Positions 42,533 through 58,552 of a stretch of 64,000 nt of DNA are shown here, piece by piece. Made by a program: the position numbers and the translations under genes. The stretch is taken from assembly GCF_009914755.1 (NCBI RefSeq), contig NC_060930.1. One strand, written 5' to 3'. This DNA is from the human T2T-CHM13v2.0 reference genome, Homo sapiens. The notes below the pieces were generated by a model. It did not search any database. It saw nothing but the letters and a program-made list of their open reading frames with translations, and had not been told where the DNA came from. Position 1 is the first letter of the stretch. Each line of letters starts with the position of its first letter.

Positions 42533-42684
42533 ATTTTTTTAGAGATGACATCTCCCTGTGTTGCCCAGACTGGAGTGCAATGGCTATTTCCAGACATGTT
42601 GATGGTGCACTGTGGCCTCAAACAATCCTCCCTCCTCAGCCTCCTGAGTAACTGGGACGACAGACTCGCACCACCAAGCCCAGG
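42533..42684 (-). mobile_element. FAM-like Alu monomer (7SL-derived)
   Basis: Monomer with a GGAGTGCAATGGCTATT segment; TGAGTTCA flanks. Confidence 0.7.
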
Positions 42685-44394
42685 TGAGTTCACGATTTGA
42701 AAGGCACTGGTTTTAGACCTTTCTAGTAAATTTTAAATGGCACATTGGATTTCTCATAGCAGATGACTCATGTTCTTCTTATGAAATTCGCTTACACAAT
42801 TCTCATGCTGGATTTTAGTCAGAATATAGACTAGAGAGAAAAAATCATCAAGGAGACAGAACCCATGGATATGTAACTTTATGAACAGGAATGTCCCAAA
42901 CTCCCGATTTCATTCTTCTGACACAAAGAATTACCACCATGCGGCATACTTCTGCTGTAGGAATTGCTGCTGGAATATACTAATCATTTTAAGCAGTGAA
43001 GAGCATTGCGTCTGAAAGGCAAGTAGAGATACGGAAACACAATCAAGTCTAACAATAGATTGAGAAGAACCATGCCTAACGACAAGGGATAAAGATGAAA
43101 ACCACCGTTTCATTCTTTCTCCTCCTTTTGACTTTATTGCTGCAGCTCAGTTTGCATCTTGAGCACCCTCGTTGCCCAGCAGCCCGGCGGGGTTCATTTG
43201 CATGTGTCTTCCCAGGTCTTCCCTTCAACCTCTGCAAAGCCAGCCAGGCGGAGAGGGGGCAGAGGCGTCCTTGGAGGGGAGCAATTCAGAAACAGCCACA
43301 TCTTTTCTTTAAGGAAAAGGGAGGTCTCAAGATTACTTTCTATTTTTCATCACTTCTCTAATATATGCACACTGTATTTGCATAACATCTATTTGCACTG
43401 GGAGCCCATCCCTGGCTTCCTGAAAGATACAGGAGGGCATTTGAATATATATTTTATTCCCTGTGATGTCTCAGAGTTGAGCCTCTAATCTCATTACCAG
43501 CTTGCATGCTTCCAGTGAGTTATTCTATGGTCTTTAGAATTGTGCCTCCAATTTGTAAGCCTAGCTAACAATTACATTTTCATCGTGGAAAGATGTTAAA
43601 GATTGCTTTCAGTGAGAATTAAATCAAAGATCTCAGCATGTGCAGCTCCCAACCCCCAACCTCACTTCTTTGCGCACTTAATAGAGGTTGGCAACATAAA
43701 ACTCCCTTTCTCTAGAACATCATCTTCACACAGAAAATCCTGCAGAAACTATGTTAAAAACACAGCATTGTCTAGTCTTATTCACTAAATGCTCCAACTT
43801 GACCACCTCAAAAAAAATAATAATTTCCAGGCTTGGAGAGACTGTTTAATTATTGAAGGACCAGCCTAGTGAAATGACATGGGATCCCAGACTGGTGGGA
43901 TTTATGAAGAAATTGTCCATCCCTAAAAGAACAGGAAAACATACAGGTAGGTAGTTTCACAAAATATGATGTCAGTAAGACAGGTCAAAGACAGCCAAAA
44001 TCACTCTTCAGAACCATTCTCAGCCTCTCTTTGGGTTCCCAGTTTATGTTTAGCTGCTTTGGGTTTAAATACCTTACCTAGATGATTTTACTTAATCCTT
44101 ATGGCAATCTGAGGACATGGATTTTTTTAAATCCCCATTATACAGACAAGGAACCTGAGGTCAGTAGCTTTCCAAGGTCACATAATAAGAGACACATCTG
44201 AGAGAAGTAATTGGGTCTACTGCATTGCATCTTTAAGCCTCGCCTAAACCTTCATCCCTTTTGGCTTTCTTGTCTTTACCCCAGCTTTCTAGGATCTTCC
44301 AGGGCAGGACTACGTTCAGATCTGGCCTCCTTCTACCTAGCCAGTTCCTTCCCCTGCCAGCAAACATGCTATTCCGGCTTCTTTCTGCCCCTAG

Positions 44395-45914
44395 TGAGAG
44401 GTGACGGCGTGTTGGCAGCCCCCGCAGCCTTCTCTCGCTCTCGGTGCCTCCTCGGCCTCGGCGCCCATTCTGGCCGCGCTTGAGAAGTCCTTCAGCCCGC
44501 CGCTGCACCGTGGGAGCCCTTCTCTAGGCTGGCCGAGGCCAGAGCCGGCTCCCTCGGCTTGCGGGGAAGTGTGGAGGGAGAGGCACGGGCGGGAACTGGG
44601 ACTGCGCGCGGCGCTTGCGGGCCAGCTAGAGTTCCGGGTGGGCGTGGGCTTTGCGGGCCCGCACTCGGAGCGGCTGGCTGGCCCGCAAGCCCCGGGCAGT
44701 GAGGGGCTTAGCACCTGGGCCAGCAGCTGCTGTGCTCGACTACTCGCCGGGCCTTAGCGCCCTCCCCGCGGGGCAGGGCTCAGGACCTGCAGCCCGCCAT
44801 GCCTGAGTCCCCGCCCCGCCGCGGGCTCCCGCGTGGCCTGAACCTCCCCGACGAGCACCGCACCCTGCTCCACGGTGCCCGGTCCCACCGACCGCCCAAG
44901 GGCTGAGGGAGTGTGGGCGCACGGCGCGGGACTGGAGGGCAGCTCCACCTGCGCCCCGGTGCGAGATCCACTGGGTGAGACCAGCTGGGCTCCTGAGTCT
45001 AGTAGGGACTTGGAGAACCTTTGTGTCTAGCTAAGGGATTGTGAGTGCACCAATCAGCACTCTGTGTCTAGCTCAAGGTTTGTGAACACACCAATCAGCA
45101 CCCTGTGTCTAGCTCAGGGTTTGTGGATGCACGAGTCGGCACTCTGTATCTAGCTAATCTGGTGGGGACTTGGAGAATCTTTATGTCTAGCTAGGGATTG
45201 TGAATACACCAATCAGCACTCTGTGTCTAGCTCAAGGTTTGTGAATGCACCAATCAGCACTCTGTGTCTAGCTCAGGGTTTGTGAATGCACCAATTGACA
45301 CTGTATCTAGCTAATCTAGTGGGGAGGTGGCGAACTTTTGTGTCTAGCTCAGGGATTGTAAAGGCACCAATCAGCACCCTGTCAAGACGGACCAATCAGC
45401 TCTCTGTAAAACAGACCAATCGGCTCTCAGTAAAATGGGCCAATCAGCAGGATGTGGGTGGGGCCAGATAAGAGAATAAAAGCAGGCTGCCGGAGCTGCT
45501 AGTTGTGAGTCTTCTTGGTGTTATGTATGCAGTGTGGTGGCTTTGTTATTTTGCTGTTTGTAATAAGTTCTTGCTGCTTACTCTCTGTGGCTATACTGCT
45601 TTTATGAGGTATGATACCCACCATGAAAATCTGTAGCTTTATATTTGATGCCAGGGAGCTTACTAAACCCACCAGGAAGAACAACTGCAGACATGTTCCC
45701 TTTAAGAGCTGTGGTACTCATGCGTAAATGTGTGCAGCTTTGCTCCTGAGTCAGGGAGACCACGAACCCACCAGAAGGAAAAAACTGTCCAACACATCTG
45801 AATGTTAGAAGGAACAAACTCCAGATACACTGCGTTTTAAGAACTATCACCGTTAGGATCCGTGGCTTCATTCCTGAAGCTAGTGAGACCAAGAACCCAC
45901 AAATTACATACACA
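44395..45914 (+). mobile_element. LTR12-family solo LTR #3
   Basis: TGAGAGGTGAC start, ...CACA end, perfect 4-bp TSD CTAG (44391-44394 and 45915-45918), 9 CCAAT boxes. Confidence 0.94.
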
Positions 45915-45999
45915 CTAGATCTGCGTTGTAACAAGATAGGTGTTTGCTACACCAGGTTCATCAGCATAATTTTGGGTGCTTATTAAAAATATGGGGGTC

Positions 46000-46290
46000 T
46001 GGCGGGGCGCTGTGGCTCATTCCTGTAATCCCAGCATGGTGGGAGGCCAAGGTGGGTGGATCACTGGAGGTCAGGAGGTTCAAAACCAGTCTAGCCAATA
46101 GGGTTAAACCTGCTTTCTGCTAAAAATACAAAAATTAGCTGGATGCAGTGGTACATTCCTGTAGTCCCAGCTATTGGGGAGGCGGAGGCAGGATATATTG
46201 CTTGAACCGGAGAGGCGGAGGTTGCGGTGAGCCGGGATGGCATCATTACACTCCAGCCTTGGTGAAGAAGCGAGACTCTGTCTCAAAAAC
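46000..46290 (+). mobile_element. Diverged Alu
   Basis: Two-arm Alu body. Confidence 0.88.
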
Positions 46291-46659
46291 GAGAGGAGCC
46301 TGGCATTTCTCTTGCATACTGTTTTGTGGGTTTGGGTGGGAACCTGAAGTCTCTGTTCAACAAGATACTGTGTGTTTCTGATGATCGAGTTAAAGAAAAG
46401 ATGCTGTTTCTCGAAAGTGGCCTGTGAACCTCTTTCACGCAAAGTATGATATGAAAACTCTCCTTTAAGATAAAGTATTTTTACGTGCCATTGAGCACAC
46501 CTTATCTTAATGTTAGTATCTTTAGATCAGTGTATTAAAGGATGTCTTCCAAAGTGTTTTGAATGTCATATTAATGATCATAATTTGATGCATTCTCACT
46601 TAATGAGTGGCTTGTGCTATTTAACATAGTTTAATTTTTACATGAGTGTGAGTCTGAAT

Positions 46660-47662
<1,003 letters not shown>

Positions 47663-49339
47663 ACTTTCACATGAGAAAGCACAATTTATCGACAAACCAT
47701 TCTTAAAATGACCTGTTATATTGTGTTTGATTTGAGCAAACAACAAATGGTAAAATGCAGCTTGAAGTGAATCATCCTTAGGGCATCAGGAATGGATCAT
47801 GAACTCAGTTCTCTAAAATTTTTATATTTTCTCCGAAAATGGTAAGAGAGATGTCTCTTTTGTTGAGTTTTATTAGTAACAGAAAAAGCAATTGGATAGA
47901 AGAATCACTATATTTTCTCTTTTAGACAAGATTTTGAGATACCAGAGACTGATGTCCTTTAAGAGTTTCAATTCAATGAATGTAATTGGTAAAATATTTG
48001 AGGAATACTTAATATAATCAGAAAAATAACATAATCATTTTCTTCATAAATGTCAGTATTTCAAGTGCGTTATTTATTTAGCTAATATCCATTCTGGGTA
48101 TAAATTAATCCATATAAAACTAAGACTAAGAATAATGTCTGGAGGCTGAGCCAGGATGATCACTTGAGGCCAGGAGTTCAAGACCAGATGAGACCCTGTG
48201 TCTTAAAAAAATATAAAAAATAAAAAATAAAATAAAATTCTGTGGCTGTCAGAAGTACTTTCCCCTGGCTGTACTTAGCAAACTGAATGGCAAAAATCTG
48301 AGCCTTCCTCTGCTGAGGGCCACAGGGCCTCACTCGTGAGTACTTAGAGGTAGCAAGCTCTAAGGGGACAATCTTGAAATAATTATTCCATATATTTATT
48401 ATTTTAAAATGAAAATGAAAGCAGGTACCACTGGCAGCTCAGTAATAGGAACTCTCTTGAAACAATCTCGTGAATGCGGGTGGAGAAACATGAAGAGGAC
48501 CCACTGCTCTGTGGCTCCTGGCGTGTCAGTGAGGGGGTCTCAATCCTGACCACCCCTTAGAATCATCTGGAGAGCTTTTAAAGAACTGATGCCCAGGTCC
48601 TACCCCAGACCATGGAACTCGAATCTTTGGTGGAAGCTTCGAGCATCCGGCTTGAGCTTTGCAGGTGATTCTAAGGTGTAGCTAGGGCTGAGACCCACAG
48701 CCACAACCAGAGGGAGGATTTCAGATGTGATGACAAGTTTAGCAGGGGAAGATATTTTGGGGACAATCAGGCCTTTCTAAGACTGTAAATCCCATCACAA
48801 GATTCCAGCCATCTCCCCTAGGCCTGCCCCTGCTTCAATGTCTCCAAGAAGTCCACACAGCTGCGGATTGGCTTAAGGAGCACCCACATGCCCAAAAAGC
48901 ATTCTGCCTGAAGGGTTTTGGAAGCTTACCACAAGTTAGTTTTAGGAGCTATTTGCAAATGCAGGTTTATGGAGGTCCACACCCAAATTACTAAGGACCA
49001 CAACCCCTCACCACTCCCCATTCCATTCCCCAGGACAGGAGAGCTCTCAGATCCTGGTTCCGTATAGATTATAGGGGTTTCAAGCCCAGCTCACACCCTG
49101 TGCTGACCAGCCAGTACACGCAGATGAAGCCGTGACCCCTGCCCTGGAAGAATCTTCCTTCAGTCACAGATAGATAAATCAGGGATTACAGCTGCTGTGA
49201 TGAGTTATAACCAAGATGGCGACTGAGCTAGTATATCTACTACATCAGTGTCTATGGGAACCTCACGGCTTCCTCCACTCCATAGTTATAAGGACAGACA
49301 GCCCGCCTTTGAACAATTTCCCCTTCTCTCCCTACACAG

Positions 49340-49530
49340 ATGTGTTATACTTCATATGTGTGTGCATATGTGTATGTGTGTGTTTGTGTGTGTGTATACG
49401 TATGTGCATGTATATCTGTGTGTATATGTATATATGTATGTGTGTATATGCATATATGTATATGTGTTTGTATATATGTATGTGTGTATATATGTGTATG
49501 CGTGTGTATGTGCGTGTATATGTTTTGTTG
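49340..49530. repeat. (TATG/TG)n low-complexity tract
   Basis: Alternating purine-pyrimidine TG/TA run. Confidence 0.9.
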
Positions 49531-49723
49531 TTGCCTACAGAACAGATAAACACAACCACAAAATATTCCACTGAAAACGTCTTTTGACTGCAAGTGATAG
49601 TTTATTTCAAATAGTCCCTAAATGTGTCATCTTTGGAGAGGGTTGGGCTGTGGCGGGCTTTGTACATCAGGCTGGGATGGCTTAGAGGTGTTATTCTGAA
49701 CATCATGAGGGGCCAACAGGAGC

Positions 49724-50862
49724 ATGTGTGTGTGTGTGTGTATGTATGTGTGTGTTGTCTGTGTGTTGTGTGTGTGTTGAATATGTTGGGTGTATTGTTG
49801 TATGTGTCTTGTATATGTCATGTGTGTTGTGTGTGTGTTGTGTGTTACTGGGTATGGTGTGTGTTTGTTGGGTGTATTGTGGGTATTGTGTGTGTTGGGA
49901 ATGTATGTGTTAATGTGTGTGCTGTGTATATGTGCTGTGTTTGTTGAGTGTATTGTGTCTTGCGTATATTGGGAAATGTGTGTTGTGTGTGTATTGGGGT
50001 GTGTATGTTGCAGGTGTGTGTTGGGTGTATTGTGTGTGTTGGGTATGTGTGTGTTTTGTGTGTGATGTCCTGTTGGTGTGTGGTGTGTGTGTATTGGGGT
50101 GTGCATGTTGAGGTGTGAGGTATGTGTGTGGGTGGTGCATTTGTTGTGTATTGGATGTATGTTGCGTATGTGTTGTGTGTATATGTGTTGGGTATGTGTG
50201 TGGTGTGTGTGTTGGGTGTGCATTGTGTGTGTTGGGTATGTGTGTTGGGTGTGTGTTAGGTGTGCGTTGTGAATGTGTGTTGGGTGTGTGTTGGGTATGT
50301 ATTGTGTAATGTGTGTATTGGCTGTGTTGTGTGATGTGTGTTGAGTGTGTGTTGGATGTGTGTGTTGTGTGTATTGGCTATGTTGTTTGTTGCGTATGTG
50401 TATTGGGTATGTGTTGTGTGTGTTGGATGTGTTATGTGTGTGTTGTGTGTGTATTGGGTATGTGTTGTGTGTGAGTTGTGTGATGTGTGTGTTGGGTGTG
50501 TGTGTTGGATGTGTTGGGTGTGTTGTGTGTGAGTTGTGTGTGTGTTGGGTGTGTGTGTCGTGGCTGTTTGTTGGGTGTGTATTGTGTGATGTATTGATTG
50601 GGTTTGTGTGTGTTGGCTATGTTGTGTGCATGTGTTGTGTGTTGGAATATGTGTTGTTGGGTATAGAGTGTGTTTGTTGGGTGTACTGTGTGTGAGTTGT
50701 GTGTTGCGTGTGTGTGTTGTGGGTGTGTGCTGTGTGTGTTGGCTGTGTTGTGTGTTGTGTGTGTGTTGTGTTGGTATGTGTCTTGCTGGGTATGGTGTGT
50801 GTTGTGTGAATTGTGTGTGTGTGTTCGGTGTGTATGTTGTGTGTGTGTTGAATGTGTGTGTG
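49724..50862. repeat. ~1.1 kb degenerate TG-rich simple repeat
   Basis: Almost only T and G on the plus strand, with recurrent TGTGTTGGG(T) and TATTG motifs. Confidence 0.95.
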
Positions 50863-52149
50863 CACACCCACCCTCTGTTGGGGTGGGTGGGGGTGGCAGG
50901 GTCAGACCTGTCCTGGTGGACACCTGGTGGTGGTGTGGAGGAGGCACCGCAGGGGGCAGTCTCTGGCTGGGGCAGGAGAGCGGGCAGAGGCTGTGTACCC
51001 AGGGCATGGCAGTGGAAACAGAGGAGAGGGGCCAGGATAGGGAACAGGAAGATGCAGGGACCTGGGAGAAGCCCACAGGCAGGGGCTGTGAGATTGACTC
51101 GCCACTATGCTGACACCTCTGACCCAAGTAGGGAGTGCAGGAGGGGATGCCGGAGACATAGGTGAGTTTGTTTTTTTGCCTCTGCTGAGTTTGAGGCACT
51201 GAATATTTTTGCTCAGGGGAACTTGAAACTCAAGACTTTATTTAATTGTTTATTTAAAATATCAAGAAAATACTAGTTAAAATTTCATCTAGGAGAAATG
51301 AGTGGAAGGAAGAAACGTTTCAGAGGGACAGGAAGGGGTGACAGCATGGAGTGGCCTCCCCAACTGTGGGTCCCTGGAGGAGAGATAGGTTTCTCTGTGA
51401 TGGTGCAAATCCCCGGGGAAGCTGAGCCAAACCTGAGAGAAATGCATTGTGCCCGGGCCTTTCCTTCCTGGAGACACGCTGCCGGGCACTGAGGCTGTGG
51501 GTGGCTGAGGCTTCTATTCATGCGCCTGTGGGGTGGTCGTTGTGAAGGACAGCGAGTGCTGGGGCCGTCCTCTAATGGAATTCTACATCTCGTCGTGTGC
51601 CGCTTTGTTCTACGCACAGAATTTCAGAGAGAGCCTTTTGTGTCAGCTCTTTTCTCCTCCAAATAAGTAGATCCGTATAAGTGGCAACTGCCAGCCACAG
51701 GAGAAATGGTTTCCGACTCCGCAGCACCCCTCCCACTACTGACAGCTAGTCAAGAAAAGCCACTTTTGTGTTGTTGTTTTCTTTTTCCCACCACTAACAT
51801 GTAATTTTCATGCAGCAGCTCGAGGTCCCTTCCAGGAAAACAAAATGAAATGAAATCAGCAAGGATGTGTAACTACATGTATGACTAAATGCTGATAGAC
51901 TTGACATGTGCAAAGCGTTTGTTCATCTCATCCAAGGCTGCCTACCTGTGATGGAAATGTAGATCTTTCTTTACTGCAAGAGCGGTGTTTGTTTAAGTTA
52001 ACCCACTTCAGCCAACAGGAAGAAAATTCCAACTCATAACTGAACTCATCTACTTTTGAAGCCACATTCACATCAATTTATTAATACTATTTTTACACAA
52101 TTTCAGAACATGTGCCTCTCATAAAGTGTGTGTGTGTGTGCGTGTATAG

Positions 52150-52482
<333 letters not shown>

Positions 52483-55400
52483 TGATCTCTTTTACTTTCC
52501 ACAGCTGGGGACGACAGCAGCGGTCCTGTCCTGCCAAACCTGCTGAGATTTGCACAACCAATATAAGGCCCCAAAATGCATCTGCCCAGGACTGCAGACT
52601 ATGATGTTATCCCTCTCTTCCTAGCAACAGGACACTGAACACTGGTCCCCACCAGCCCCTGATGGCCTCTGCCATTTAAAAATTAGCATGAAAGGCAATA
52701 TTGCAGTATCTAACAAATTGCACTGATTCACATCCTGATTAATTCTATCAACTGTTTTGCTGTGCTCTGCTTCAAATCCTGCATGTCCAAACCAGCCTGA
52801 AATTACTCAGGGTGTCTGCATTTGAAGGTAAACAGCGATGATTTCCTTCTTAAAGCACTAAGTAGGAATCCTTTGTGCCCTGCTTGGAAAAAGATCTCAA
52901 CTTTGGCATGACCTGGAAAAATGCTGCATGTGATGTGCCAGCCTCTCTGCAGGGCTGCTCGGTAGGGGCAACAGCTTGCCCTTTGGCTGGCAGCAGACTC
53001 CTTCCAATGCTCTGGGTCCAGACCACACTTGTTCTAACTGTCCTGGAGGAGAGGTGTTAGGTAGAAAGCTTTCTTTCCCTACTGTCAGGGACCCGGCGTG
53101 CTCCAGGAGGCTGCCGCCCACCATTTTTGCTTATTGCCAGAGCTGCCTCACTGTTGCTGTGGGGGTGCTGAGCATCTGATTCTCATCTGCCAGGGCGCCA
53201 GGGCTGATTTGGGGAGGAAAGGACCAAGAGGCACAGGTCGCTGTGCGCTGGCCCTGGGGATCTCCGCGGTAATGGCGCTGGCTACTTCTGTTTGTTCTTA
53301 CCTGAAACTATCAACACAAATAGAACTTATGCCACAAAATATTTAACAACATGCCAGGCACATGCACAGAAGGACTGGACTGGCCATTTGCTGAGATGCT
53401 GGGGCAGGTACCCAAGCTCTCTGCTGTGACAAGGTCACCCTTTAAATGTGGGCTCATGGAGAGATCTAGGGGGCTGGGGAGAGGCCGGGTGGCCAGGGTA
53501 CAGTACCAACCCGCGTGAACGCACCCCAATGTTTTCACTGTCTCCATGGCCTTACTGGGTGGGACATGGGAAATTTCAGCCCTGACTCTTACCAGGGCTG
53601 AAAAAAGAGGTTTGCTGAGCAACTGGAATGATCCAGGAGCTTGACAAAGAGAAGATGTAAAGTAAATGGAGCATGCTCTTACCTATGTACACAAGTAGGG
53701 TGGAGGGATACCCATGCCTTCCCTCCCTGACATGGCAGGGCTGGTGCTGAGTGCGGACCATATGCCCAGGGCCTCAGGTCAGGGACAGCACACAGCCCAG
53801 TTGCACTCAGCTGAAGTCAGAGGGAGGGTGAGCCAACCGGGAGAGGTTTCCTGGGGTACACCATTGGAAGGGGCCTTGAGTATCGGTAGGGCCAGCAGCG
53901 AGAAAAGCAAGGAAGAACATCTCAGAGGGGCGGATCTCATGGAGTGGAGATAGAACAGAGGGTACTGACCCGATGGCGTGTAGACTTGTCTACTCGGAGT
54001 GTGAGGTGCCTGAGGTCAGGTGCACCAGAAGTAGACCCTGAGACATATATTCACATGCAAGAGCTTTATCAAGGAATTAATCCTGGGGAGACCTACCTGT
54101 GAGAGAGTGGGGAGCAGGCCGGGGAAGGAGGAAGCCTCTCAAGGCTGCAGCCTTGGGTGGAAGTCCTGTGAAGGTGACATCAGCCCCACCCTGCAGGAGT
54201 CGTGGACCACAAAGTGTGCAGAGTCCCAGTTTCTTATACCAGCACTGGACTGGCAGTCAGTGTTAAAAGCCTCTGGGTGGGGAGTCTAAAAGAGGCAGGT
54301 GGGAGGAAGCAGAACCCCTGGCAACCCAGTGACCTGCTGATGAGAAAAGCAAGGGAGAGAGAAAGGGAGAGTGAGTAGAAGCAACCTGTATGCAGCTTTC
54401 CTGCCAGGGTGGTGGGAAGCCAGGGGCGCCATTCTCTGACAGAGACCACAGGAATGAGCAGAGACTGGGGAGAAAAAATGATGATGCCGGTGTGGCATAT
54501 GGGGATGTTGAAGTCTCTGGGGACACTGGGGTGAAGGCCGACACAGTTTGCTGGATGCAGGTCTGTGACTTAGGAGAGGCCTCAGGCCCCAAGGCAGCAC
54601 AATCGAGCCACAGCAATGAAGAGGCCCCTTGGATAGGATTTCTGTGGATTCTCCAACCTCCCGGACACGCAGGGGCTCAGTGATTGGAGACAGACAGCAT
54701 CTCCAGGGAAGGGATGAAGCAGGTGTCACTCTCACACATTTGGAGGGACCGATCATGAGGAAGTCATTAAATGATACACTATTAACAGCTGGTATTTACC
54801 AAGCCCTTCCAATGTGCCCTGTGCCCTGCACCGGTGCCAAGAAAGTCCTGTGTGCATGATCCAATTGTACCCCTCAGGGGTGGGCATACTACTATTACTC
54901 AAACTCTACAGGTGAAGGAAAGTGAGGTATTGTCATCAAGGCCATATAGCAAATAAATGGATGAAACTTACTCTTTAATTTCCCAGTTTTATCAATGATC
55001 CCAGATATCATTCCTTTAGGGAAGCATCCCCACAGTGGCAATACCACACAAGTGTTTCTCTAGCTGTTTAGCTGCACCTCCTGCTCTTTAAACCTAGTAA
55101 ACATTTGCCTGCCTGCAAATGGTTCCTATCTCCAGTTTGTCCCAAGAGCTGGGCTATTCAGTCTCCCTACAGCAAATCTCCCTACACAATTATTTAAAAA
55201 CCGTTCATTTGGGGACATTTACTCCTCCCTTTTCACCACATGAGGCAATCTGGTTCATGGTATCTTGGAAACACTAGAAACGAGCATTTTTACCCATCGA
55301 AATGGCTCCCAAGGGCAGCTTGCGTCAGCACAAATGTATACTGAGAGGCCTCCAACGTGGGTCTTTGCCGTAAATCATTTTCTGAGCTGTGTGTGAGAAG

Positions 55401-57464
55401 AGCTTCCTCATCCCTCCAAAGGACAGTGGCCTGACACTACCATTAGCTTTTTATAGACAAAACTATATAGAAGGAAGATGTAGAAGAAAAATGGAGTAAT
55501 TTCTGTATAGCACAACGGATGTGATCAAATAAGGCTGCGGTGGCCTGTTAGAGAAATGTACGTGCTGTGAAGGTTGCATGGATGCTGAATGCACTTCGTC
55601 CCGACCAAACAAGGCACAACGAATCTCAACATTCTACCAAAGGACATGGCGACGTGGCGTGATGGTAGGGTGTGGTAGAGTGACCACATGTCTGGTTTGC
55701 CCAGAGCTGCCCAGGGTATGCCTGCCAGCCCTCCCTGGACAATACAATGTAGGATCGCCTCTCTTTTTGTTCTGATGCGGTTTCCCATGCCAAACAATTT
55801 CAGAGGACGGACACTAACTTCCTGTCCAAAGTCTCCAAGTCACTCTCTTCCCCAGACTTGGGGAATAATAAGCCAGATAAGTCTCCCAAGGTATGAACGT
55901 CTGAGCCCTCGCTTTGGGCTGATTATGATGCTGTGGCCAGACGTTTTAAATATTCACACTGTGAATATTTAACCCCAAAATCTGCACCCAAAAATCTGTG
56001 AAAGAACAAAGCTGACTCCCCAAAATAAACACAAGTCGAATCTGTGGATGGGACCTGATGGTTAAGCGAGCTTAGTTAGAGGCTTAGTCATCTGATTTCA
56101 GGGCCCACAGGTGTGTCTGGGCCGACGAAGACCTGAGAGGTCAGACCGTCTGCCAGTGTGGAAGGAGCTGGGGCAACGAAGGGGGCTGCTGTGATCGCAA
56201 GGCGAATGGGGGGACCATGCGTTTCCTTTGCACCCTTGCACAGTAGTTTTTCGGGAGGGGGCTGCAGATTTTGGGTTGGAGAGAAGGAGCAGGGATTCCT
56301 GATTCCAACCTCTCTAGGCTGCCCAGGAGTTCACCCTCAGGCTTCCTGGGAGCAGGTTTGCACACCACTACCAAGGTGTGTTGCCGTCCTCAGTTCACGG
56401 TGCCACAGCCAGAGTCTGCACAAGTGGCATCCTGTTTCCTAATGCATCTTTAGCTCTCACGGATGCCTCGCCTTTGGTGGTCCCCCAAACAGATCCACGG
56501 CAGCATGTGCTGTGATGACTGCCCACCCCCACCCTCCTCCCAGGAAATTTCTAAAGAACTCCATCTGGCGTCCAGCAGCTTCGTGTTTGTTCTTTTTATA
56601 AATATGTTCTGTGATGAAATTCAGGGTTAAGCTTTCTGATCACATGATCTGTCCTGACTTCACAGTCATCCATTCTATCTGGATCAATGACATCTAAGTA
56701 TTTCCATGGTCTCCAGGAGCTAAATCACAGCACCTGGCTTCTTGCTCTGCACGTGGCTGGGCCTGGCTCCCAGGACTCTCTGTCCTCCATGGACTGGTTG
56801 TGAAAGCCACACAAGAACCGGCTCAGGAGACCACGAGTGGGCAGGGGGCCCCTCCCTGGGGCTGGGTGCAGGCCAGCACCCTGGCAAGGTAGAAACAAAT
56901 GGGCATCTCGACAGCCAAGCCAGGGCTGCTGAGTGTTTTATCCATCTTTCTGAGAGGCAGTGTTTTCATCATTGAGTCACCACTGGGTATGTTCAGGTGA
57001 CCATCTCTATTTAGTCTCACTTCTGACCACATATGACAATCCTGGAAGCTTTCCAGAATCCCCGTGCCTGGACTCTACCCAGTACCAAATCAGAATCTCA
57101 GGGCATCAGTATGTTTTTAAACCTCCCCAGGAGATACCAAGGAGCGGCTGGGCTTGAGCATCTGCTCTCCGCCGGGACTTCTCACACTGTAATGTGCACA
57201 CCAATCACCAGGGATCTTCTTCAAACGCACATCTTGACTCAGTAGGTCTGGGGAGGGGCGTGATTTCCGCGTTTCTGACTCGCTCTCAGGAGAGGCTGGT
57301 GCTGCTGATCCAGGTGCCACCCTTGGAGGGCAAGGGCACAAGTGTATCACAGTGTGGCAAACCATGGAAGGTTGGCCAGTTTTTAAAATTTCAATAGCCT
57401 TTGGGGTGCAACTGGTTTTCGGTTAGGTGGATGAATTGTCGGGCCAGTCTTTGTAAAAAGAGTT

Positions 57465-57714
57465 TTTGTTTTTGTTTGTTTTGTTTTTTTGTTTTGAACC
57501 TCCCGGGTTCAAGCGATTCTCCTGCCTCAGCCTCCGGAATAGCTGGGATTACAGGCATGTGCCACCATGCCTGGATAATTTTAAAGATATTTTTAGTAGA
57601 GATGGGGTTTCACCATGTTGGTCAGGCTGGTCTCGAACTCCTGACCTCAGGTGATCCGCCTGCCTCTGCCTCACAAAGTGCTGGGATTACAGGCATAAGC
57701 CACTGTGCCCGGCT
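57465..57714 (-). mobile_element. AluS lacking the 3' part of the right arm
   Basis: (TTTG)n tail joined directly to AACCTCCCGGGTTCAAGCG; flanked by GTAAAAAGAGTTT. Confidence 0.9.
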
Positions 57715-57730
57715 GTAAAAAGAGTTTATT

Positions 57731-58251
<521 letters not shown>

Positions 58252-58552
58252 TCAGAGGGTCACGTTCCGTCATACAGAGCGGTGCCCAGTGTTTTCCCGT
58301 GACAGTGGCACTGTTCGTTCACCACAGTCACCCTGTAACCGGCAGCGGTGCTGTTGACTTCGTCATGCCAAGGGATATCCAGTTCCGAGCACCTTCTGTT
58401 GCGTGTCTAAGACACTGTGGGAGCCTTTGGGAGGCAGGATGGTTTAAAATGGGGCACAGTTCCATATCACTTAGACAGAAGGATCAGGGTGGATTGTGAC
58501 CTCCCAGTGATTGTCAGCCCTTCTGTCCTCCTTTCAAAGCTTTCAGACTTGG

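Noticed and set aside
42533-42684. 7SL RNA gene
   Set aside because: Short, diverged, lacks the S domain and has TSD-like flanks; a fossil Alu monomer.
45030-45450. Regularly spaced ~41 bp repeats resembling a CRISPR array (also 31540-31800)
   Set aside because: These are tandem LTR12 U3 CCAAT units without unique spacers; primate DNA, no cas genes.
49216-51199. Cys/Val-rich and His/Thr-rich ORFs
   Set aside because: Translations of the TG/CA simple repeat.
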